From Eubacteriales bacterium (GTDB taxonomy: Bacteria; Bacillota; Clostridia; Christensenellales; Aristaeellaceae): 64,000 nucleotides of DNA. Of the stretch, positions 44,678 to 54,991 are shown in pieces. The stretch lies in NCBI GenBank assembly GCA_031549905.1, contig JAVBPC010000076.1, positions 669 through 64,668 of the forward strand, in the 5' to 3' direction. Position numbers and translations under genes: made by a program. The notes beneath the pieces are model-generated. The model ran no database searches. It had not been told where the DNA came from and saw nothing but the letters and a program-made list of their open reading frames with translations. Position 1 is the stretch's first letter. The number at the start of each line of letters is the position of its first letter.

Positions 44678-45391
44678 TCACGCACGGCCTTCCGCGCGCA
44701 TCAGCCAAAGGATGCCCTGCGCGATGCGCTCCGTGACATCGGTGAAATGCCCGCCGTCGTGCCATGCCAGTGCCGTTTCGGACATGCGGGGGTCATCCTG
44801 CAGCAGCGCGTGCGCCGCGCGCGTGGCGTCGCCAACGGCCGCCATCCTGGGGTTTCGCGCCTTTTCTTCTTTTGTGCCAAGGCTGAGGTATACGCGGCTA
44901 TCCAGCCTTTTCAGGGGATGGGCGCGCATGTAGTCCATCCACCCATCATACCAAAGCGATCCGGAACAGCTGGCGCACCCCTTGAATCCGCCGGTTTCAA
45001 GCATCAGCCAAAGGGCGCACAGGCCGCCCAGTGAGTACCCGATCAGATACGCCTCATCCGGCGCGGGGGAAAATTGCCGCTGTATCTCAGGCAGCCAATG
45101 GGAAAGCAGCCAGTCCTTCAGGATGCCCGCCTGTCCGGCAAACGGTTCGTTTTTGGCGCTCAGCGGCGGCGCGGGCCACGGCGTGTAATCCCGGTGCCAA
45201 TCCACCGGGCCGCTCCATGTCAATAGGAAAGGACGGCAGGTGCCCTTTTCGATTTCCGGTAGGATGATGCGCTCTATCGCGGGAATATCCTCCGCAACCG
45301 TATCGCTTGCCAGGCAAAATACGGCGGTCATGTCTGCCCCGCTGCCAAACGCATGCGTAAAGATTGATTTGCTGTCGGGCGCTGCGCTCAT
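44678..45391 (-). CDS. Alpha/beta-hydrolase esterase (esterase D/enterochelin-esterase-like fold)
   Basis: Nucleophile elbow GYSLGG, 237 aa. RBS AGGGAGAAG. Confidence 0.6.
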   Translation of the reverse strand: MSAAPDSKSIFTHAFGSGADMTAVFCLASDTVAEDIPAIERIILPEIEKGTCRPFLLTWSGPVDWHRDYTPWPAPPLSAKNEPFAGQAGILKDWLLSHWLPEIQRQFSPAPDEAYLIGYSLGGLCALWLMLETGGFKGCASCSGSLWYDGWMDYMRAHPLKRLDSRVYLSLGTKEEKARNPRMAAVGDATRAAHALLQDDPRMSETALAWHDGGHFTDVTERIAQGILWLMRAEGRA

Positions 45392-45523
45392 GCCGGCATC
45401 TTCTCCCTTGCAATTGCTTTGCCGCTATTGTACCACGCGAAGGCAATTCTGCGCATAACAATAAAGGGAAAGCAAGCGCTCTCCCTTTTCGATGTGGTGA
45501 AAACTATGCGAAACCCGTCCGCT

Positions 45524-47290
45524 TTACCCGATATCACAGGAAAACACATGCACCGTGTCGCCCTGCCATGCCGCGTCAAACCGGATGGAAACGCGCACCG
45601 TTTCATCCGGCAGCGGGATGAACACAAGCGCTTTGTGGTTTTCATCGCAGGTGACGGTGCATTCCGCGCCGCTTTGTGTCCAGGCTGTTACGGTAAACCG
45701 GCGTGCCAGCGCGGCGGGCATCTTCAGCGGTTCATCATCCTTCGCGATGTGTGTGCGCATGGCGAATGTCTGGTATTTGACATGCTTTGATATGCTTTCC
45801 CGAGAGAAATCCGGGTCCAGCGCAATGCGCAGCGACGCGCCCGTTACCGGCCTTGCAAGCGTCAATGCCAGCAAGTCCCCCGCGCGGAACGCCACGCTGT
45901 TCGTATCGCCCGCTGATGGCCGCTCCCGGCCGTTTTGCAGCACGGCGGCTTCGGCCTCCGGCAGGGAAAGCGTCGCGCCGCGCATGGCTTCGGGCATGGC
46001 GCGCGTTTTGCCGGGCAGAAAGCAGCCGTCATCCAGCAGCATCTGTTGCAACAGCGCTATATGTTCCTGACCCACCCCGCGCGGAGATTGCCCCTGCCGC
46101 ACCGCGATGGCCGCCGCCGTGCCTGCCGCCTGACCTACCACCGCACACGTCGCCATAACGCGCGTTGAGCTCATCGCCATGTGCGTGGCGCTGATGTTGC
46201 GCCCGGCGAACATCAGGTTGCCGATATTCCTGGAATACAGCGCCCGATAGGGGATGCGGTAAGGCACCTTGGGCGTGATGTGGTGCGAGGAATAGCCCGG
46301 GTAGCGGAAGCCTTCCGGCGCGTGGTTATCCATTGTCCAGCCGCCGAATGCTGCGACATCCGCCCACTCCGTGCCTTCTTCCAGGTCGCGCTGGTTCAGG
46401 ATGACATCGCCGATATAGCGGCGGCTTTCCCGCTTGCCGGGCAGGAAGCCTATCCATTCCAGTTCCCAGTTGTCTACCCCGTGGTCGCCGTGGTTCTTGA
46501 TGTGATCCCACACGCCAAACGCGGTTTTCAGCAGCTCTGTGCGGATGGATTCGGCGTCTGCGATGGTGTCCTCCTCGCCGCCCAGCTCAATCCACCAGAA
46601 GTTGACGCCCGTGCCCACGAAATCATGGTTCTTCATGTGCATGCTCTCATCGGTAGGGTAAACATGCGCCCACGGCGGCGGCGTGAATGCGCAGGGGCGG
46701 TCCCCTTCCCGCGCCTGTATCAGGCAGGTGTTGCCCATGGTCTTGCGGTCGGGCAATACTTCCGCGCCGTACTCGCCGTGTTCGCCGCGCCCCTCGCGGC
46801 CCACGCGGTATTCGGCCCCGGAAAGCGGCGCCAGGATGCTGTCGCCCGAGCAATCCAGGAACACCTTTGCCGATACGGTATGAAAGGTATAGCTGGTCAG
46901 CTGCCAGCCGGTGACGGAAGCAATCCGATCCCCATCCATCGCCAAATCCAGACAGGAGCAGTTCATCAGCACGGTAAGGTTCTTTTCCTGCGCCGCAATC
47001 TGAAACAGCACGCTATCCCATACGGAGGGGTTCATCGTGGGGTTTCGGTAGATGTTTTCCAGCTCAATCTCCTGCAGCAGCCCGGTTTCGCGGTTTTCTT
47101 TGCCGTGCGCGCCGCGAATCCACATCCTGACCTCGCTGGAGGCATTGCCGCCCAGCACGGGCCTATCCTGCATCACCATGACCTTTGCCCCGTGGCGCGC
47201 GGCGGAAACCGCGGCGATCAGCCCGGCCATGCCGCCGCCCACGACACACACATCGGTTTCATGCGATAGATGCCGCAAATTTTCGTTCAT
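45524..47290 (-). CDS. FAD-dependent oxidoreductase (pfam12831-like)
   Basis: N-terminal dinucleotide-binding motif DVCVVGGGMAGLIAAVSAARHGAKV, 588 aa. Paralogous to the two downstream FAD proteins. Confidence 0.7.
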   Translation of the reverse strand: MNENLRHLSHETDVCVVGGGMAGLIAAVSAARHGAKVMVMQDRPVLGGNASSEVRMWIRGAHGKENRETGLLQEIELENIYRNPTMNPSVWDSVLFQIAAQEKNLTVLMNCSCLDLAMDGDRIASVTGWQLTSYTFHTVSAKVFLDCSGDSILAPLSGAEYRVGREGRGEHGEYGAEVLPDRKTMGNTCLIQAREGDRPCAFTPPPWAHVYPTDESMHMKNHDFVGTGVNFWWIELGGEEDTIADAESIRTELLKTAFGVWDHIKNHGDHGVDNWELEWIGFLPGKRESRRYIGDVILNQRDLEEGTEWADVAAFGGWTMDNHAPEGFRYPGYSSHHITPKVPYRIPYRALYSRNIGNLMFAGRNISATHMAMSSTRVMATCAVVGQAAGTAAAIAVRQGQSPRGVGQEHIALLQQMLLDDGCFLPGKTRAMPEAMRGATLSLPEAEAAVLQNGRERPSAGDTNSVAFRAGDLLALTLARPVTGASLRIALDPDFSRESISKHVKYQTFAMRTHIAKDDEPLKMPAALARRFTVTAWTQSGAECTVTCDENHKALVFIPLPDETVRVSIRFDAAWQGDTVHVFSCDIG

Positions 47291-48915
47291 ATGCTTTCCT
47301 CCGCAAGCCGCCTCAGGCGCTTCATGACATCGTTGCCGCCCCGGCCAAAGTAGCCTGAAAGCAGCTTGTATTCCGCGTACAGCTTCGTATAGATGGCTGT
47401 GTGCGCTGCGACCGGCTCGTACGCGATGCCGCTCAGGCAGTGCATCGCCCGCGCCGCTTCAAACACGGTGGCGTGCCCGCCTTTTTCCGCACCGGCGGCG
47501 GTGGCGGCAAACATCGCGGAACCGATGGCCGGCGCCTGGTCCGAAAGGCTGACGCGAATCCGCTTGCCCAGCACATCCGCGTATATCTGCATCAGCAGCG
47601 GGTTTTTGCGCACAATGCCGCCGCACGCCAGGATTTCGCCTGGGTCGATCCCCTCGGTCTCGTGCGCCTCCAGGATGGCGCGGGTGCCGAACGCCAGAGA
47701 CTCCATCAGCGCGCGGTAGATGTCCTCCGGCCGGGTTTTCAGCGTTAGACCCACAATCATGCCGGAAAGCTCCGCATCCACCAAAGGGGATCGGTTGCCG
47801 TTGATCCAGTCCAGCGCCAGCAGGCCGCTTTCGCCGGGCCGCAAATGTGCCGCTCGCTCGGTCAGCAGATCATGAGAAACCCCGCAGCTGCCCGCATACC
47901 AGCCAAGCAGATCGCCCGCGCACGCCTGGCCGGATGCGTACGCGTAGTACCCCGGCAGGTCGCCGTCCTCGGTCAGGCTGCACACGCCTTTGACGCTGCG
48001 CCTTTCCGGGAACGACAGCAGCACGCCCAGCGATGTGCCGATCGTCACCAGCGTTTTGCCGGGCCCGGTGATGCCAAGGGCAGGCACGGCGGCGTGCGCA
48101 TCCAGCTGCGGCACGGCCACGGCGATGCCCCCGCAAAGGCCAAGCTTTTCCGCCATGGCCTCGCTAAGCCCCCCGCAGCTTGCGCCCAGCGGCAGCAGCG
48201 TGCCCTTTATTTTGTCCTCAATTACGTTTGCGAAATTCGGGTCCAGCGCCGACAGCAGCGCCTTGGATGGATACCCAATCCCCTTGCGCCAGAAGGCTTT
48301 CAGCCCGGCGGCAGCTTCGCTGCGCGTGAGGCTCCCGGTCATTTGCAATGTCAGCCAGTCGCACAGATCAATAAAAGCATCCGCCGCGCGGTATACTTCC
48401 GGATCTTCGCGCAGCGTTTCCAGCACCTTGGGCAGGAATGTTTCGCTGGATATCCGCCCGCCGTTTCGCGCCAGCAGATCGGGGTCCATTTCACGCGCGA
48501 CGGCAGTAAAATCGTCTGCTTCCCTGTGTGCGGCGTGGTGCTTCCACAGCTTAACCCACGCGTGCGGCCTGTCCGCGTACTGCGGCAGCAGGCACAGCGG
48601 CGTGCCGTTTGCATCCACAAGCACGATGGTGGTGGCGGTGCTGTCCACGCCGATGCCGATCACGTCGGTCTTGTCCACGCCGCTTCCGCGCAGCACGGCG
48701 GGCACGATTTCAAGCAGCGCATCCAGGTAATCCTGCGGGTGCTGCAATGCCCAGCCGGGCGGCAGTTCCATTCCGCAGGGCAGGCGCCCATCGATCACGC
48801 CGTGCGCGTACGCGTGCGACGCCTCCCGAAGCACCGCTCCGTCCCGCACGCGGCACAGCACCGCGCGCGCGGACAGCGTGCCGAAATCCACCCCGATCAC
48901 GCATTTGCAGGCCAT
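47287..48915 (-). CDS. FGGY-family carbohydrate kinase (ribulokinase-like)
   Basis: 542 aa. The N-terminal VIGVDFGTLSARAVL is an FGGY phosphate-1 motif. Length and blocks resemble AraB. Confidence 0.65.
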   Translation of the reverse strand: MACKCVIGVDFGTLSARAVLCRVRDGAVLREASHAYAHGVIDGRLPCGMELPPGWALQHPQDYLDALLEIVPAVLRGSGVDKTDVIGIGVDSTATTIVLVDANGTPLCLLPQYADRPHAWVKLWKHHAAHREADDFTAVAREMDPDLLARNGGRISSETFLPKVLETLREDPEVYRAADAFIDLCDWLTLQMTGSLTRSEAAAGLKAFWRKGIGYPSKALLSALDPNFANVIEDKIKGTLLPLGASCGGLSEAMAEKLGLCGGIAVAVPQLDAHAAVPALGITGPGKTLVTIGTSLGVLLSFPERRSVKGVCSLTEDGDLPGYYAYASGQACAGDLLGWYAGSCGVSHDLLTERAAHLRPGESGLLALDWINGNRSPLVDAELSGMIVGLTLKTRPEDIYRALMESLAFGTRAILEAHETEGIDPGEILACGGIVRKNPLLMQIYADVLGKRIRVSLSDQAPAIGSAMFAATAAGAEKGGHATVFEAARAMHCLSGIAYEPVAAHTAIYTKLYAEYKLLSGYFGRGGNDVMKRLRRLAEESI

Positions 48916-48920
48916 CTCGT

Positions 48921-49757
48921 TTACCCTTTCACGCCTGCCGTGGCAATACCTTCCACAAAATGCTTCTGCCCCGCCAGGAACAGAATGAACACGGGCACGA
49001 TCGCACTGGTCGCGGCGGCCATGGTCAGGTTGTGCAGCTTGGATTCATCCTGCATGTACCAGCGGATGGCCTGCGCCACGGTGTACTTGGCCGGCTTGGT
49101 TAGGAAGATCAGTGGCGACAGGTACTCATTCCACGAGCCGATGAACGCCAAAATGATCAGCGACACCATCGCCGCCTTGGTCAGCGGCAGCATGATCTGC
49201 GCGAAGATGCGCGGATGGCCCGCCCCGTCGATCTTTGCTGCCTCCATCAGGTCGTTTGGCAGGCTCATGAAGAACTGGCGCAGCATGAAGATCGCCGTCG
49301 CGCCGAACCACGCGGGCAGGATCACCGCCCACAGGCTGTTGTACAGCCCGATCGTTTTGAACAGCATAAACCGGGGGATGATCGTCACCTGCCCGGGGAC
49401 CATCATCGATGATAAGAACAGCAGGAAAATGAAGCCCTTGCCGGTAAAGTTGATCTTGGCGAACGCGTACGCGGCGATGGATGCCACCGCAAGGTCGCCG
49501 ATGATGCTGAAGAATACGATAAAAAAGGAGTTAAAGTACGCGCCGAGCATCGATACCTCGCCCGATACCCAGATGGTCTTGTAGTTCTGCCACTGCCAAA
49601 CCTGCGGCAGCCATTTGAACGGGCGCGAGAACACCTCCGGCGCGGTTTTCAAAGAGGATAGAATCATCCAGATCAGCGGCAGCACGAACAGCAGCGACAG
49701 GGCGGCCATCACCGCCGTTTTGATGAGAATGCCAAGCTTTCCTTGCCCTGGTTTCAT
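48921..49757 (-). CDS. Carbohydrate ABC transporter permease (MalG/UgpE-like)
   Basis: 278 aa, 6 TM, with a BPD_transp_1 EAA loop (LMEAAKIDGAG). Confidence 0.8.
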   Translation of the reverse strand: MKPGQGKLGILIKTAVMAALSLLFVLPLIWMILSSLKTAPEVFSRPFKWLPQVWQWQNYKTIWVSGEVSMLGAYFNSFFIVFFSIIGDLAVASIAAYAFAKINFTGKGFIFLLFLSSMMVPGQVTIIPRFMLFKTIGLYNSLWAVILPAWFGATAIFMLRQFFMSLPNDLMEAAKIDGAGHPRIFAQIMLPLTKAAMVSLIILAFIGSWNEYLSPLIFLTKPAKYTVAQAIRWYMQDESKLHNLTMAAATSAIVPVFILFLAGQKHFVEGIATAGVKG

Positions 49758-49775
49758 GGCGCGATGCCTCCCTTC

Positions 49776-50654
49776 TCAGTAATGGACCCACTTTTTCTGG
49801 CCCCAGAAGTTGAACAGCGTGATCACCAGGATGATCGCGAACAGCACCATCGATTCCGCCGCCGCATAGCCGAACTTGTACGCGGAGAACGCGTTCCCGT
49901 ATATCTCCACCACCATGGATGTGTTCGTGAACGCCGCCGACCCCAGCGTCATGATATTGATCGAGGCGAACAGCTTGAATGTGGCGATCAGGCGCACGAT
50001 GATCAGGTAAAATGTGGTGGGGGAGACCATCGGCACCGTTACCTTGATGAACCGCTTGAAGCTGCTGGCACCGTCGATCTCGGCGGCCTCATACAGGTCG
50101 CGGGGCACGTTTTGCAGCGCGGACATGTAGATGATCAGCTCATACCCGATTGCCGTCCAGATGACAAGCACGATGATGGGGATTTTGTTAAGCGAAAGGT
50201 TGGCAAACCATTGCGGCGGGTGCAGCACGCCCAGCATCTGCAGGAAAGCGTTGATGATGCCGTCATCGCGGAACATGAACTTGAACACGGCCGACAGCGC
50301 CACGGCGCTTGATATATACGGAATGAAAAACGCCATGCGCAGCGCGTTTCGAAAGTACACTTTTCCGTTGAGCACATAAGCCAGCCCCAGCGCCATCACA
50401 ATGGAGACGGGCACGGTGGCGATGGCATAAATAAACGTATTCTGCACCGCCTGCATGAACCGCTTATCGGCGGCAATATCGATGAAGTTTTTCAGGCCCA
50501 CCCACTTGAGCTTGCTCCATCCGCCCAGAAAGTTCCAGCTGGTGAACGAAAGGCCGATGGAGGCGAAAAAGGGGAATGCGATAAAGATCAGAAAGCACAG
50601 GAGGGCTGGCGTGATGAACGCGTACCCGATGAGGTTTTCTTTGCGTTTGTTCAT
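49776..50654 (-). CDS. Carbohydrate ABC transporter permease (MalF/UgpA-like)
   Basis: 292 aa, 6 TM, with an EAA loop (LYEAAEIDGAS). Confidence 0.8.
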   Translation of the reverse strand: MNKRKENLIGYAFITPALLCFLIFIAFPFFASIGLSFTSWNFLGGWSKLKWVGLKNFIDIAADKRFMQAVQNTFIYAIATVPVSIVMALGLAYVLNGKVYFRNALRMAFFIPYISSAVALSAVFKFMFRDDGIINAFLQMLGVLHPPQWFANLSLNKIPIIVLVIWTAIGYELIIYMSALQNVPRDLYEAAEIDGASSFKRFIKVTVPMVSPTTFYLIIVRLIATFKLFASINIMTLGSAAFTNTSMVVEIYGNAFSAYKFGYAAAESMVLFAIILVITLFNFWGQKKWVHY

Positions 50655-50732
50655 AATATGCCCTCTCTTTTTGTAGATAAAGGTGCGGGCGCGCCAGATG
50701 TTTTCCCCGCGCGCCCGCCGTGCCGGTTGCCG

Positions 50733-52100
50733 TTAGTAGCCCCGCTCCTGGATGATCGCCGCATCCGCGATTTCCTTCGCCGCCGCCATGGCATCTTCGG
50801 GGGTCATGGTGCCCTGGTGGGCGTACATCGTGTATTCCACCAGGGTGGAGTTGACGGTGGTGTACGCATCCAGAATGGTATCCACATAGGATGGGTTTTC
50901 ATAGTTGACGACCACATGCTTGAAGCTTTCCACATCGACCAGCGCCGCGGCCGCCTCTTCGCTGCCAAACACCAGGTCAACCAGGTTTTCAACATCCGTG
51001 CCCTTCCAGGAGGACTGATGGCCCGCGCAGATCAGGTAGCGGGAGCCGTAGGTGGAATACCACGCCAGCCAGTACCAGGCGGCCTCTTCATCCTGCGCGC
51101 CTTCGCAGATGCCCGCGTGTGAGAAGATCGATACGCCGGACATGTGGTTCGGCTCGCCCGCTTCTTCGCTAGGCCAGGGGGCAAACGCGGTGACCCAATC
51201 CCTGGGGTAGGTTTCCGTATCGCGGATGAAGCGCACCATGTTCGGGGAGATGGCAGAAGAAGCCTTGTGGCCCATGAAGATATCCTGGGTCTGCAGGTTA
51301 TCCGCGCGGTAGATGGTCAGCGGGAACCAGATTTTGTCGTCGATCTCGGCCTTCATTTCGCGCTTGAGGGCGTTCACGATCAAGGGATCGGTGAAGTTGG
51401 ACAATCCGTCTTCCCCGTAGTACTGATCCTTGCCGTACTTCTGGTACCATGTGTAGGTGAAGTAGTTCTGCGAGTGGTAGTCCGATCCGCCGAACACCCG
51501 CTGGTCGCCCTCGCCGTGCGTCATGGCCGCGCTGGCGGCAAGGTACTCATCCCATGTCCAGGCCTTCGGCACTTCGCCCAGGCCCGCCGCGTTCCATTCG
51601 TTCATGTTGATTGATACATAGTACGAAATGCCGCCGCAGGGGAAGGAATAGTAGGTGTCATCGTACTTGTACACATCGGAGCCCCAGTTATCAACGAAGT
51701 TGATGCCGTACTTTTCGATGTAGGGGGTCAGATCCTTGTACAGGCCGTTTTCCCAGCGTTTGTAGGTGGCGCCCAGGCCGAAGCTGGCCAGCACATCGAT
51801 CTCGCCCGCCATGATGGCGGTGTTGACGGACAGGTTGCCGTCGGAGTTGTTGTTGTACGTCGTCAGTTCCACCTTGACGTTGGGGTACGTCTGGTTGAAT
51901 TCGGCGATCATGTCGTCCATGCCCTGCGACCCCTTGAAGGGAATCCAGAACCGGACCGTACCCTTGATGGATGCCGGATCTTCGGCAACGATCCAGGAGG
52001 TGATGTCCGGCTCTTCCGCTGCTGCAAAGCCCAGCAGGGAAACTGTCATCATGGCGATCAAAAGGAACGCCAGACCCTTTTTGCCCAGGTTTCGTTTCAT
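50733..52100 (-). CDS. Extracellular solute-binding lipoprotein, family 1 (sugar ABC transporter)
   Basis: 455 aa. Lipoprotein-type signal MKRNLGKKGLAFLLIAMMTVSLLGFAAA. Aromatic-rich SBP_bac_1-like composition. Confidence 0.75.
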   Translation of the reverse strand: MKRNLGKKGLAFLLIAMMTVSLLGFAAAEEPDITSWIVAEDPASIKGTVRFWIPFKGSQGMDDMIAEFNQTYPNVKVELTTYNNNSDGNLSVNTAIMAGEIDVLASFGLGATYKRWENGLYKDLTPYIEKYGINFVDNWGSDVYKYDDTYYSFPCGGISYYVSINMNEWNAAGLGEVPKAWTWDEYLAASAAMTHGEGDQRVFGGSDYHSQNYFTYTWYQKYGKDQYYGEDGLSNFTDPLIVNALKREMKAEIDDKIWFPLTIYRADNLQTQDIFMGHKASSAISPNMVRFIRDTETYPRDWVTAFAPWPSEEAGEPNHMSGVSIFSHAGICEGAQDEEAAWYWLAWYSTYGSRYLICAGHQSSWKGTDVENLVDLVFGSEEAAAALVDVESFKHVVVNYENPSYVDTILDAYTTVNSTLVEYTMYAHQGTMTPEDAMAAAKEIADAAIIQERGY

Positions 52101-52120
52101 AGGTGTTGCTCCTTTTCTTT

Positions 52121-52279
52121 ACCGGTTCCAGGTAGGTTTTGCAGGAAAGCTCGCGAGAGATTTTTTCGTCCGGCAAGAAGCCGGAAGGAGGCGTAGCTGG
52201 AGGCTACGCTGACTGGAAGGCGCCGCCGCCGGGCGGGAAAAGATCCGCGAGCTTTCTGTAAAACCTATCTGGAACCGGT
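52121..52279 (+). repeat. About 160-bp element bounded by about 37-bp terminal inverted repeats (MITE-like or long RNA hairpin)
   Basis: Left arm ACCGGTTCCAGGTAGGTTTTGCAGGAAAGCTCGCG pairs with right arm CGCGAGCTTTCTGTAAAACCTATCTGGAACCGGT. The two internal mismatches are G.U-compatible on the + strand. The 85-bp core has its own small hairpin CGTAGC-TGGAG-GCTACG. Confidence 0.55.
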
Positions 52280-52320
52280 ATTATTTGCAAACGCGCGCCG
52301 GCGTTCACAGAACTGGGTGG

Positions 52321-53706
52321 TTATCCAAGATAGACTTTTTGCTTTTCAAGGTTGTTCCGCAATGACTCGGAGTCAATTTTCCGCACGATCTGCCCGCTTT
52401 GCACCGCCAGCGCCGCCGCCGTGCCCGCCGCCTGCCCCAGCCCCATGCACGGGGGCATCACGCGGATAGCGCCTGCGGCATCCGCCGTGGCCGATACGCA
52501 CCGGCCTGCCACCAGCAACTGCTCCACGCCGAGCGGCACCAGGCAGCGGTAGGGCACGCCGTACCATTTGCCGTGCTGCACGGTGATGTACTCGTTGCTC
52601 ATCGGGCCAAAGCGCCCGTGCACATCCACGGAGTTGGCCGCCAGCAGCACGCTGTCAAAGGGTACCGCGCCGCCAAGCACATCTTCCACCGTGAGGGTGT
52701 ACTCGCCCTTGATGTGCCGCGTTTCTCGAATGCCGATGGTGGACGCGGTGGATAGCAGCACCGCGTTTTCACAGCCGGGCACATACTTTTTCAGGAACGC
52801 GAAGATTTGCCGCACCTGCCGCCTGCCTTCCATTTCGGCGGCCGTCAGGCTTTTCGCGTCGGTGCCGTCGATCCCCATCACGCGGGAGGTGTTGATGCTC
52901 CATTCATCCTCCTTCACGCCGCGGAACATGCCGATGGATACCCTCTCCAGCGTCCAGTCGCCCCTTGTGCGGGCCTCCGCCACATGCCAGTGCATGGAAC
53001 GGTAATTGACGCCATCCTTGCGGTGGAACTTGTCAAGGTTTGCGCTGATATCCGCCTCGACCTTGGCGGAATCAACGTTGCCGATGCGAAAGAACATGGT
53101 GGCAGGCTGAATGCGCCCGGAGTCGGCATCCCCCAGCGCGCAGGGAACGCCCGCGCGGTAGGCCACATCGGCATCGCCCGTACAGTCGATGACAACGGAT
53201 GCGAGGGCGATTTCCAGGCCGCCCTTGGAGTGAATCACCGCGCCTGTAATGCGGCCCTCATCCATCATCGGATGCACAAACGCCGTGTGGTACAGCGTGT
53301 CCACGCTCGCCTCTATCAGCATTTCATCCATCAGCACCCGAAGCGCTTCCGCATCGAAGGGCGTGACATGCGCGTGCCCGACGGTAATGTAGGATGTGAA
53401 CGCCGAGCCGGCCGGAACCTTCGAAGGGTGAATGGCCGCCCCGCGCGCGGCAAGGCGATCCACCACTTCCTCAAACAGGCCGCGGATGATCATCTTTTCC
53501 CCATCCCTGTCATAGCTGGTCATGAAGGGGCCGACAAGCCCGGCGGTCGCCATGCCGCCGCAGAATCCGCCCTGCTCGATCAGCAGCGTTTTCGCGCCGC
53601 CCCTTCGCGCCGACACCGCCGCGCAGAACCCGGCGGGCCCGCCGCCCACGACAAGCACATCGGTCCGGTACGATACCGGGATGTCAAAGCACATGTGTTT
53701 ATGCAT
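52321..53706 (-). CDS. FAD-dependent oxidoreductase (pfam12831-like)
   Basis: DVLVVGGGPAGFCAAVSARRGGAKTLLIE dinucleotide-binding motif, 461 aa. Confidence 0.7.
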   Translation of the reverse strand: MHKHMCFDIPVSYRTDVLVVGGGPAGFCAAVSARRGGAKTLLIEQGGFCGGMATAGLVGPFMTSYDRDGEKMIIRGLFEEVVDRLAARGAAIHPSKVPAGSAFTSYITVGHAHVTPFDAEALRVLMDEMLIEASVDTLYHTAFVHPMMDEGRITGAVIHSKGGLEIALASVVIDCTGDADVAYRAGVPCALGDADSGRIQPATMFFRIGNVDSAKVEADISANLDKFHRKDGVNYRSMHWHVAEARTRGDWTLERVSIGMFRGVKEDEWSINTSRVMGIDGTDAKSLTAAEMEGRRQVRQIFAFLKKYVPGCENAVLLSTASTIGIRETRHIKGEYTLTVEDVLGGAVPFDSVLLAANSVDVHGRFGPMSNEYITVQHGKWYGVPYRCLVPLGVEQLLVAGRCVSATADAAGAIRVMPPCMGLGQAAGTAAALAVQSGQIVRKIDSESLRNNLEKQKVYLG

Positions 53707-54991
53707 CGGTAAGCTCCGCTCCCAGTTCTGTCAGCGCCTGCTGTACCCTTTGATACGCCAGCGCAGACGGAACCGTGTTTTCTTGCGCGCACAGCGCCGC
53801 GGCAACGCCGGCAGCCTGCCCGGTCGCCAGGCAGATGCCCATCACGCGGTAGGATGCGTGCGCCCGGTGCGTGCCGGAGATGCAGCGCCCGGCGGTGAGC
53901 AGCCCTTCCACGCCCGCCGGCACCAGTGCGCCGTAGGGAATATCGTACGGCTTTGCCGGCTGGGAACGGCCTTCCGCCTGCCCGCCGCCCGCGGGGTTGT
54001 GGATATCGATCAGGAACCACGCCCTGTGCACCACGGCATCTTCGCGGCGCGCGCCCCCTTCCACATCCGCGTCCGTTATGGCTACGTGCCCGTGTATCCG
54101 CCGCGTTTCGCGCACGCCCAGCGTGGCGGGGGTGGATTGCACCCGGCAGCGCTCATACCCTGGTACAGACTTGCGCAGAAACGCCGCGACGGCTTCGATC
54201 TGATCGCGCAGATCAAGCTCCGCGTGCAGCACGCCTTCCGCGGTTAGGGTGTCGTGGCCGTTGGCCTGCGTGGCGTTCACGTTGCGCTCACCCGGGTAAA
54301 AGGTGCGGTGCAGGCGCACGATCGCCACATTTGGGGGCAGCTCGCCGCGAAGGCAGGCTTCCTTGCATACCTCCGCATAGCGCCTGCCATCCGGCAGGGT
54401 AATGGGGTCGCTGCCGCCAAAGCAGGCAATGGCGCGGGTTTCATCCACGCCCGTCAGCAGAAATTCCAGCGTTGTGGGCTGGCACTTGCCATCCTGTTCG
54501 CGGCCTATGGAGAACGCCGCCCCTGCCCGCGCGGCAAGGAACCCGTCTCCGGAAGCGTCGATGGTGGTTTTTGCGTGGAAGGTTTCTATGCCCTGCTGCG
54601 TGCCCACCAGCACGCCCGTGACGCGGTCGCCTTCTTTGATGGCATCCAAAGCGGGCGTTTGCAGGTAAACGTGCGCGCCGCTGGTGTGCGCAAAGCGAAG
54701 CAGCCGTTGCTTTGCTTCTTCCGGGTCCACGGCAATTTCAGGGCCATTGCGGGTGACATGGACGGGGGCGCCCTCATGCCCGGCGGCAAGCAGCGCGATG
54801 ACCTCATCGTACATCGTGCCACGCGACACCGTGCCCAGAATGGGCTGCACATGCCCGGCGGTCAGCATCCCGCCCAGGATGCCGTACCTTTCCAGCAGTG
54901 CAGTCTTCGCGCCCATGCGCGCTGCCGATACAGCCGCCGCGATGCCGGACGGGCCGCCGCCTACGACCAACACATCAAATTGCGTGCTCAT
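53699..54991 (-). CDS. FAD-dependent oxidoreductase (pfam12831-like), start trimmed to MSTQFDVLVVGGG
   Basis: DVLVVGGGPSGIAAAVSAARMGAKTALLE motif. The upstream 60 codons of the track ORF overlap lacI and are Arg/Gly-rich, which is a GC-bias artefact. Confidence 0.65.
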   Translation of the reverse strand: MSTQFDVLVVGGGPSGIAAAVSAARMGAKTALLERYGILGGMLTAGHVQPILGTVSRGTMYDEVIALLAAGHEGAPVHVTRNGPEIAVDPEEAKQRLLRFAHTSGAHVYLQTPALDAIKEGDRVTGVLVGTQQGIETFHAKTTIDASGDGFLAARAGAAFSIGREQDGKCQPTTLEFLLTGVDETRAIACFGGSDPITLPDGRRYAEVCKEACLRGELPPNVAIVRLHRTFYPGERNVNATQANGHDTLTAEGVLHAELDLRDQIEAVAAFLRKSVPGYERCRVQSTPATLGVRETRRIHGHVAITDADVEGGARREDAVVHRAWFLIDIHNPAGGGQAEGRSQPAKPYDIPYGALVPAGVEGLLTAGRCISGTHRAHASYRVMGICLATGQAAGVAAALCAQENTVPSALAYQRVQQALTELGAELTDA

